Of a stretch of DNA of 64,000 nt, positions 54,175 through 64,000 are shown piece after piece. The stretch comes from Octopus sinensis (taxonomy: Eukaryota). How positions within the stretch are numbered: position 1 is the stretch's first letter; each line of letters begins with the position of its first letter. The DNA lies in assembly GCF_006345805.1 (NCBI RefSeq), contig NC_043006.1:15686001-15750000 (forward strand), given 5' to 3'. The translations under genes and the position numbers were made by a program. The notes beneath the pieces were generated by a model, which was given only the letters and a program-made list of their open reading frames with translations, made no database searches and had not been told where the DNA came from.

Positions 54175-55436
54175 CGAGGTGGTACCAAAACGTTCCCGAA
54201 GAAATTCTGTAACGCGCCAACAGATGGCAGCATAAGATTGTTTGCGCAGTGAGAGCTTGCAGTGACCTTCATGAGGCAGTGTGCCGAGTCACATCGCTGT
54301 GTTTACTTAGCAAGTTGTGAAATTTGTGTTTTTTGTGTTCATGTGTTTTTGTTATGGACAGGAAAAAAGAGGCGACGTGAAATTTTGCGTTAAACTTAGG
54401 AAGTCTGATACAGAGACATTGAGCATGTTTCAGCAATCTTAAAGTGACGAGACAATGGGCCGTACTCAATATATAGAGTGGCGGCAAAGGCGCTTCAGAG
54501 GCGAAAGAACGTCACTGGAAGACGATGAGCGATCTGAAAGACTTCCCACGAGCGTTACCCTTGGAAATGTTGAGAAAATTTATCAGCTTGTACAAGAGGA
54601 TTGTCGAAGGACAATGAGCGACATTGCTGATGTTGTTGGTCTGTTGTATGGGTTAGAGAAGGCATTCCTAATGTCTGAATTGAACATGCGGCTTGTCTCT
54701 GCCAAGTTTGTCCTCCCCCCTCTTCTGACCACTGAGCAGAAAAAACATCGCGTCAAAGTCTGTTAAGATCGTTGTCAGCGTGCGGCTGATGATCCGTCTT
54801 TCATGTCGAGGATCATCACCGGTGTCGAGTGTTGGGTTTACGTGTACGACCCTGAGACGAAGCAGCAGTCATCACAATGGAAGAGCCCTTCACCTCCACA
54901 ACCGAAGAAGGTACGACAAAGCTGCAGGTTAGTCAAGAGCATGCTCATAGTTTTTATTTCGACATCTGCCGTACTGTTTATCAAGAATCCATACTCCGAG
55001 GCCAGACCGTCAATCGAGAGTTTTACTGTGACGTTTTGAAGTGCATGAGGGAGAACATTTGGCGAAAGTGCCCGGATCTGTGATACGTGAAGAATTGGAT
55101 TCTTCACGACGACAATGTACCCTGTCACCGTGCACTCCTCCTCTCTTGAGTTTCTCGCGAAAAACATAATATTGCTTCCGCACTGACCCTATTCGCTAGA
55201 TTTAGTACCTGCGGACTTATATCTCTTCCTCAAGATAAAAATGCAGCTCAGGGGCCACCGTTTTAACATGGTTGTCTAAATCCAGAGCAAATCACAGCAT
55301 CGACTCGCCGGATTCCAAAGGAGGCAGGAACGGTGGGACCGGTGTAGTGCTGCGCATGGTGACTATCTCGAAGGAGACAATGTTAAAACTTAGGTAAATA
55401 AACATAATGAAACCAAGAACTTTTTCATACTACCTC

Positions 55437-55437
<1 letters not shown>
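54175..55437 (+). mobile_element. Full-length decayed mariner transposon
   Basis: TIRs CGAGGTGGTACCAAAACGTTC / GAACTTTTTCATACTACCTCG; TA on the left; motifs TSLEDDERS, SAKFV, IITG..CWVY.YDPETKQQSSQW and WILHDDN. Confidence 0.88.
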
Positions 55438-55493
<56 letters not shown>

Positions 55494-55497
<4 letters not shown>

Positions 55498-56161
55498 CGC
55501 GTATTTGCCATTTGAATATGGCTAACCCCTAAGTGTGGATGCTACTGTAGTTTGTAGCCCCAGGAAGATATCTCCTCCAGCTGGCTATAGACACACTATC
55601 TGTGCCCTCTCAGTATTTGTGAAGGGAAGTCATTCTCCCCGTCTTCAACTCCTGATACACACGGACTCGAGTTTCAAGGTGTTTACCTATCATCAGCGTG
55701 TGACAATCATGGTTGTCGACGAGAAGTCAGCTCCCTTCACAAATACATATAGTTTTTCCAGTGTCGATTGACACTGATATTGAAAAAGTGAAATCAAACA
55801 ATGATAAATCTCAGAGCGAGTTATAAACAGTAGCGGTAACACATCGTGACGCATATTTGCCATTTGAATATGGCTAACCCCTAAGGGTGGATGCTACTAT
55901 ATTTTGTAGCCCCAGGAAGATATCTCCTCCAGCTGGCTATAGACACACAACTGTGTCCTCTCAGTATTTGTGAAGGGAAGTCATCCTCACAAATACTGAG
56001 AGGGCACAGATAGTGTGTCTATAGCCAGCTGGAGGAGATATCTTCCTGGGGCTACAAACTACAGTAGCATCCACCCTTAGGGGTTAGCCATATTCAAATG
56101 GCAATATGCGTCACGATGTGTTACCTCTACTGTTTATAACTCGCTCTGAGATTTATCATTG
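55494..56161. mobile_element. Hammerhead-bearing element (family H5): 1.4 tandem 352-bp units plus an inverted segment
   Basis: GTGACGC..TTTGCCATTTG repeats at 55494 and 55846; 55985-56161 is the reverse complement of ~55797-55975; (TA)n on both flanks. Confidence 0.8.
55658..55702 (-). ncRNA. Type I hammerhead ribozyme motif (H5)
   Basis: CACACG-CUGAUGA-U-AGGU(AAAC)ACCU-U-GAAA-CUCGAG-UC-CGUGUG; palindromic ACUCGAGU, canonical GUC triplet. Confidence 0.82.
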
Positions 56162-56165
56162 TTAT

Positions 56166-56221
<56 letters not shown>

Positions 56222-56249
56222 CATATATATATACATTTGTGTGTGTGTG

Positions 56250-56441
56250 TGTGTGTGTGGGCGCGTGTGGGTTTTGTGTTTGTCACCGGAAAGTACTGGT
56301 TCGGCAAAAGAGATCAATAGAATAAGTATCAGACTTTTAAAAAATATAAGTACAGGTGTCGATTCGTTCACCTAAAATTCTTCAAGGTAATGTCCCAGCA
56401 TGGCCGCTATTTAATGAGTGGAACAAGTAAAAGATAAAAGT
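56250..56441 (+). mobile_element. SINE family A 3' half
   Basis: GGTTCGGCAAAAGAG..GATAGAATAAGTA and CCCAGCATGGCCGC..GAACAAGTAAAAG. Confidence 0.7.
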
Positions 56442-56696
56442 CAAAAGGTTTTCTTGCCTGAAAGTAAAATCTCCTGAAATACTTAGTGCCACCGGTCACC
56501 CTTTTTTCCTTGACCCGCTCCTATTTTCCGTATGTTCCCCAAACTGAGATTCGCCATTCTCCACGGTTCCGTCTTTTTTCATTATTTATGGCATTCCCGT
56601 CTCTCTGTTACTCTTCTTTGACACTGTCACGGATATACCTACCCAACCTGGTGGATATGATGATGATGATGATGATGGTGATGATGGTGATGATGG

Positions 56697-56741
<45 letters not shown>

Positions 56742-58686
56742 CGACAACGACGATGATGATTATAGTATATCAATACGACTTTATTGAACATGGCTCATGT
56801 TGCATTCGTAAATATTTTGAGTTTGTATTTTCATTTTGATTATAGTACCATTGTTACTGATACTGATGATAATCATTAACTTATTTCATAACTATAGAAA
56901 TACAAGCTTATTCTGTGAGCAGTCATAAAAGATGGCAATTAATGAAGACGACATTTGGTAAATAAAGCAACATAAGAGTACAATAAAGGTAACGTTCTAG
57001 ATATAATGGTAATTTAATTGCATGAATTTCGATGCAGAATGTATTGCTCCGTTAAGAAAAAAAATATGCTATGTTCAATGAAAACAATAATCAGGTTATA
57101 CCCTATGAACAGAAGCTAATTTTTGGCTAGTATTTATTTATTTGTCATGTGAACATATACTTGGAGTTTTTGACATCAATTGATATTTAAAAAATAACGA
57201 TAGTGTAGAGATTACATACACGATAACAATAAGATAGTATTGCTAATTATTTCAGCGGCGAAAAACAGAAAGTCTACGGTGCAAAAGAAAAACGAAAGAA
57301 ACACGACAGGAAGGTGATTGGGAAAAGTTGTTGACTATCTACGACACCATATGTAACAAGAAAAATTTCTAAACATAAAATTGATAACATAGAAAGTATG
57401 ACAGAAAATTTTTACTTGTCATAATGTAATTAAGCATAATACTTCGATACGTAATAAGCAGGTTCTGAGAAGTTCTCAATAGCTCAGATGATGATGTGTT
57501 TTCCTTTCCTAAAGACCGCAATATCTTTAATGCAGGCATAAAAACTTTCAATTTCTAATTTCTCAAAGTTTTAGGAAATATTTTTTATAGAGGCTAAGAT
57601 ACAGTATAAAGATTATCAATTGTATACAATGAATAACAATGAATAATGTATCAGGTGTCAAATGAAATATGAGCTAATTTTCCTGAAACATATATAGAGA
57701 AGACAATTCTTACTATGCAGTATATTTGGTTGCAATGATTGTTTTTTCAGGTAACCACAATAAGCTTTTATATTATTTGTATTCTAAATCTTATGACCTA
57801 TAATATAGTTAGAATTTTTTCTATAATATATAGCAAACTTGTAGTAACATTAAATAGGGGGTATAATCCAGATCATCTGTTTTTGCTAATTATACTGCTC
57901 TGAGTTACTTGTTCAACATATTCTGCCTTTGAATCTGTTTATTTTTTTTATTCTCAAAGTTTGATTCTAGTATAGGGAAACGTGATAGAATACTTCTATG
58001 CCGAAGAAAAGTTACCTGCTCCTCTGATCTCTCTTACTAAGTTTGTTTTTGATTTAGGGGACTTATTGGGATTTTATTTACTTATGTATACTTGTTCGGC
58101 TTTCTTAATGGTACCCATTGGTGATTTAGCCTAAATTCTTCTTTATTGCAAGCGCTCGTACGTCAGAATCTGATAGGTCGTTTTCTCTATGTTGTCCTAT
58201 ACTGAAAGCATTGACTTCTTACTCAGTTACGTCTGAAATACGCAATTCGATTAATTGTGAAACTTTTACGAGATCCAAGCTTCACAATCCTTAATTTATA
58301 CAGGAATTGTCGAAGAACAATAACGGTAAATTGTTATCGAATAAAACAACACCTTATGACACGTCATTGCCTCATCATCTTTAATTAAAAATTGCAGCAT
58401 AGTATTAATGTTACTTAACTACTAAGAGAGACACGTATCTTGGCTATTACTATAGCTGTTACTGCACGCTAAAAAGTTTGCAACTTTACACCTACATTGT
58501 CAAAATTATCATCAGATGAAAATTCATGTGCGAAAAATAACAGGTCATGAATAAGTTTCACAATTAGAGCAGTTTATTTCCCTCTTTTATTGTCCTAGGC
58601 AACGAACAAATGCGAGAATGTCAGAGTAGTGCTTTTCGCACCTTAGTTCATTGGGGTCACCGTAACAGTTATTACAATCATTAATA

Positions 58687-58755
<69 letters not shown>

Positions 58756-58865
58756 TTCATTCAGCCTCTTTTTTTTCCAGTCATAATGGCATGTTGGGCC
58801 GTTGAACTCTGCACATTTTCTTGTCTACGCTTTTTTCATTCCCTCTCCATTTTTCTGCCTCTTAA

Positions 58866-58990
58866 TCCTTTCTGTCGAAGAGCGTAGGCTCGAAACCTAA
58901 AGGACTTTTCCATTCGTCCCGAGCGTTAAACTAATACACCTGATCGTCGTCCATACACCTGTCTTCGTCTTACACGCAATGAGTCGAAAC
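58866..58990 (+). mobile_element. Family H6 repeat with degenerate hammerhead-like motif
   Basis: TCCTTT-CTGTCGA-A-GAGC(GTAG)GCTC-GAAACCT-AAAGGA. Confidence 0.45.
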
Positions 58991-59227
58991 AGGGGCAGCT
59001 GAAGAAGGGGAATGTCCCCTCTGTCGTTTGTCTTGTACTCTGCTTTTTCGTTGTTAAAAAAGTCCGTTTCCTTGTTTTGTTTTTATGTTTTCGTTTCTTG
59101 TTGTGTTCTACGTTTATTTGTGGTGCCCTGTAGTCATATATGCATGCATATATACATATAGATGTAGGTATGTACATATATGTATGTATGTATGCATATG
59201 TTTTATTTATTAAATTGTTATTACTAT

Positions 59228-59280
<53 letters not shown>

Positions 59281-59415
59281 TCTGTCTCTCTGCATATATA
59301 TATATATGCATATATATATGCATATATGTGTATATATACATGCACACATATATGCATTCATATATATATGCATGTGCGTGTGTGTGTGTGTCTGAGTGAG
59401 CAAATATATATATAT

Positions 59416-59459
<44 letters not shown>

Positions 59460-59621
59460 TCATAGCGTCAGATAGTATGTGTATATTTGTAAGTATATTA
59501 AAATAGACACTAAGCAAATAAGAGAATGAAATATTGGTTAAACTTCTAAAACTATGAATAGGATATAATACGATTATACAAGTATACATATAGATGTGTG
59601 TATGTATATATGTATATATAT

Positions 59622-59663
<42 letters not shown>

Positions 59664-60174
59664 TATGTATGTATATATATATTTATATATGTGTGTGTAT
59701 ATCTATGTACATATATATATGTATATATATATATATATGTGCGTCTGTGTGTGTCTGTGTGTGTCTGTGTGTGTCTGTGTGTATGTATGTATGTATTATG
59801 CGGGTATATATTTTTGTGTGCAAAAATATGATTTAAACTGTAAAGAGTAACTTGTTCTTAGGAAGGAAAAAAAAAGAGAGAATTCAATACTTTCAGAGAA
59901 AATTCTAAGCAAAAGACATATAAACATCAGATAGATGTGACTAAATTTAAACCGATTAAAAGAATAAAGTTGATGTTTTCATTAATCCACCCTTTAAAAT
60001 ACTGGCAGAATTAACTTTAGAATATTCTAGATGTTTTCGTACTGTATTACGTCAGTCGGAGCTTTTGCACTGCAGTAGAAATATATCTCTATCGTGCATC
60101 GCTGCTTTAACAATAATCACTTACTTGTGTGTATATTTACTCATATATCGTTTCGTTAATTCTTTCTTTCTTTA

Positions 60175-60186
60175 TTATTATTATTA

Positions 60187-60247
<61 letters not shown>

Positions 60248-60385
60248 CATCATCATCATTATTTTATTATTATTATTATTATTATTATATTATATTATTA
60301 TTATTATTATCATTATCATCATTATTATTATTATTATTATTATATTATTATTATTATATTATTATTATCATCATCATCATCATTA

Positions 60386-60436
<51 letters not shown>

Positions 60437-60544
60437 CATTATTATCATTATATTATTATTATTATTATTATTATCATTATTATCATTATTATCATTATTA
60501 TTTTATTATTATTATTATTATTATTATTATCATCATCATCATTA

Positions 60545-60598
<54 letters not shown>

Positions 60599-60606
60599 CA
60601 TTATTA

Positions 60607-60643
<37 letters not shown>

Positions 60644-60672
60644 TATCATTATTATCATTATTATCATTATTA

Positions 60673-60732
<60 letters not shown>
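60175..60732. repeat. (ATT)n/(ATC)n microsatellite array
   Basis: Direct reading. Confidence 0.95.
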
Positions 60733-61298
60733 GTTTTATTATCACATTATCTTGTTCTGTTGTCTACGTCATCTCATAACTTCAGTTGTATTTTTTGGCG
60801 GCCATTTATGTTTCTAACTCTCTTCAACATGAATATTTACTAGGTAACTTAAATTAAATACGAGTAATTTTGCGAAATGTTATTCCCGTGCTGCGTTAAA
60901 ATTATTAATATTGGGCTGAGTGGCAGATGTAGACACGGTTGTTGTCTCTGCCACAATTGTTAACTCCACCATTAATACCGTTACAATTACATCAACCTTG
61001 CCATTACAGCATGTTCATCGTTAGTTATCACCAATAGTCCTTTGGTCTGTATAGTTAAGTCTGCCATCTTTGCTCCTACTACTGTGTGGTATTATTAAAT
61101 GTTGCTTGGTTTCGACTTTTGCCTTGCACTTGAGATAATCATAAATACGTGAGAGTTGGAGAGGGATAATAGGAGGGAGAGAAGCAGTTTGGTGAACAGA
61201 CAACCCAATGCCATCAGTCTGTAAATAGGTTCGACAAGTGGTGACAAGGAGGTCAACAACGGGGCTTTGTATCCCAATGCGATCATCCATGCACTAAG

Positions 61299-61468
61299 TG
61301 CAAGGTCATGCGCTGCTTAGCTTGATATGCAATCACTATATCGCGCACATATGGTTGTGATGCATATGCCTAGTGTACCTTTATCAGACGGGTAGTCATG
61401 ATGGGTTTTTTGGGCTTCGCATATTTTACCCCAGTGTCAAATTGATGGCATGCACTGCTCTCTCACTC
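61299..61468 (+). mobile_element. Family T 3' fragment
   Basis: Matches the last 170 bp of the element; ends CTCTCACTC followed by TAATCATAATGATAAT. Confidence 0.8.
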
Positions 61469-61529
61469 AGTAATCATAATGATAATAATGATGGTGATGA
61501 TGATGATGATGATGATGATGATAATAATA

Positions 61530-61690
61530 ATCCTTGCTACTGTAGGCACAGGCCCAAAATTTTCGGGGAGAGGCCTAGTCAATTATATCGACCCCAGTGT
61601 TGTTTCACTGGTGCTAAATTTATCGGCCCCGAAAGGATGAAATTCAAAGGTGACCACTTAGGCGGCGTGCTAACGATTCTGCCAACTGAC
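61530..61690 (-). mobile_element. SINE family B fragment
   Basis: Family B body and tail on the minus strand. Confidence 0.65.
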
Positions 61691-64000
61691 CTTGTTACTG
61701 CGGCCCTGGTAGGAAACTGGCCATAAATAAAAGAATTAGAAAAATTCAAGCATATCTGACACTATATATTAAATGTTTTTTCAAACTTGGTGCGCAACGT
61801 TTGTTGAGTTTGTGTGTTTGTGCGTGGGTGGGTGTGTATGTGAGAGTGTATGTACGCATGAATGTGTGTGTGCGTGTATACAATAATAAATGTATGTGAT
61901 TATGCATTTATATATGTATGCATATATAAAATCTCATTAGGACGTTACCCAATGACTGTAAAATTACTATTAAATGGTCGTAACTGATAGCGGAAAAAAT
62001 TATTGACACAACTTTGAAATAATATAGATTGCTAAATATTTTATAAGTAAAACTGAAAGCTATAAAGCAGTAATATGTCAAAGAGCAAGGGTTGTAATGA
62101 AAATTCCAACGGTGGTTTAAGTGTTACAGCTCGGCGGTGTTTGAAGTCACTCACTTTGGTGTTCGATGCAATACGATGCAACAAGTAGTAGTTGTAAACA
62201 AATACCTAAGCCGTGGTTGTAACAACAAAGCGCAACCTACTTTTGGATATATTGTAACAGTTAAGAGATTGTACAGCTCAGCAGTTGCTGTAATGAAGCA
62301 CCTCAGCAGTGTTTCATGACGTAGTGTTGATATATTGAGAGACGAAGATAGTTAATATGACATCTCAAATATAATTTATTAAGCGGCTTTCTTCCTTATC
62401 TTACAGAGGTAGTCTTATAGAGAAAAGTTAAGTCACACACAATCTCCTTTACTTCTCGGTAAGCGTTCAATGAAAACTCCCTTGTTTAGCGATTTTTATT
62501 TTGCCTGAACGCAATCTGTTTGATTCTAGACATTCATAAAAGAAAAATAAACGAGAGATATAAATAAAGGAAATGCTAATATCAGCAATCCAGTGATATA
62601 TTTTTTGTCTTTACGATTTAAAAAGAGGCAACCTCCAACAGGCTGTGAGGTATTTCTTAGACACACCCCTTGTGGCTTAGTAACAGGAAGAAAAGGGTTC
62701 GTTTGAGATTTTACAGGGTCTCAGAAATTTGCATAAACAATGAGGAAGTTTTATTCCTACCGAAGAGTTTACTGGAATAGTTACAGCACTGTGTACTTGT
62801 CTAAAGTCATTCAAGAACCACATGGTGGTGTTAAGCAGACAAATAGAAAACGGATGTCATTCTCCGAGTATAGGGAATGTTCTCGAAGAGTCCCTCAAAG
62901 TTTCCGTTGACTAAGGTTTTCACAGGTCGCCTCCGGGGTATTTTATTAGACACTTTTCGAAAGGTACTGCTCAAAGCGATCGAACCATATCTGTGAAGTT
63001 TACTTTCAAACCACTACGGACATGGTACATCAAATTCTCCTCAAAAGTAGACAGGATGAAAATCTGCGAACGATTTGCATTTTGAATTTGATATAAAATT
63101 ACATGAAAATGAAATTCGTTGATTTCCTCTCAACACATTAACACACCTCAAAAGCACACTTCAAACAAATGTACAAACAAAATATCCCCCCTCAAGCAAT
63201 ATATAAACAACATAAATGCAATTCATTATGGAAAATCACGGCAAATATTTCAATAAGATGACAATCGGATTAAAAATGAAAAAAATCCCATAGTATTTCA
63301 GTTTATTAGTTATAATTTTCCGTTCGTTTCATTGTGCTTTAGTAAATTAATATCGAAGACGGATTCATGATTCTATTATAAAATATGTGAACTATTTATT
63401 TTGTACTCTAGAGAGCCCTTTTATTGAATTTAGATCATTTCAAAGCCAGCTCTAAAGAGCAGGAATGACGAAATATTGTTTCAAAAAGGAAATAATAATC
63501 AAAATGTCTCGACAGTAATAAAATATTCTATGACGTACATAATTAATAATTTTGAAGCAGGGAGCATAGATTTTTTGACTCGAACTTAGCATGTTAACTG
63601 GAGGTGGAAAAGTAGGGTACTACAAGACATATAGTCGCACACAAACATTTTCCAGGTTTCCAGTTATCCCCCATACCATCCACGCTGCTACAAGTTCCCA
63701 GAGTAGATTTCTTTGACACGCCACTAGCGACCACTTCTCCCTCTAGTCATTTCAATATGCACTAACCGTCTTACTAAAACATGTTTCTCTTTTTCTCTCT
63801 CCTTTTTTTTCACTCCTTAACCCCAAAACGTAAAAGACTTTTCTTCTATTTTCCGGAGCGTAAAGGCTTAATATAATTATTTTGTATGTTTTTTTTTCTC
63901 TCGCATTCATGCTTGCGTTTCTCTTTGCACCATATATGTAAGCATGTATATACGCATGCGCGTGTGTATGCATACCTGTATGCATATACATGTACATGTG

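Noticed and set aside
58998-59030. CTGAAGA-AGGGG(AATGT)CCCCT
   Set aside because: Good stem II, but no GAAA or cleavage site follows.
61021-61290. 89-aa ORF with YLQTDG reminiscent of Penelope RT
   Set aside because: Lacks the following MGSPLS and YVDD motifs; similarity insufficient.

Overview
Eukaryotic, very AT-rich, repeat-saturated intergenic or intronic DNA. It is most likely from an octopod cephalopod, inferred from the tRNA-derived SINE set, abundant R4/Dong LINEs and extreme microsatellite load. No host protein-coding gene was recognised; nearly all listed ORFs are microsatellite read-throughs. Real coding remnants are all transposon-derived: a near-complete CR1-group LINE ORF2 (9.9-13.1 kb), a decayed Tx1/L1 fragment, at least five R4/Dong-like RT-REL lineages in (TAA)n arrays, and two mariner relics. 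The main finding is at RNA level. Manual folding shows at least five distinct sequence families of Type I hammerhead ribozyme motifs (10 copies, plus degenerate candidates), each with a palindromic helix III. They sit in short (350-480 bp) non-coding units arranged as tandem and/or tail-out inverted copies in (TA)n tracts, i.e. a putative Penelope-associated retrozyme-like system. A second candidate system is a ~557-bp non-coding element without a tRNA head that always inserts strand-specifically into (TAA)n, probably mobilised by Dong. All folds were done by eye and activity is untested.
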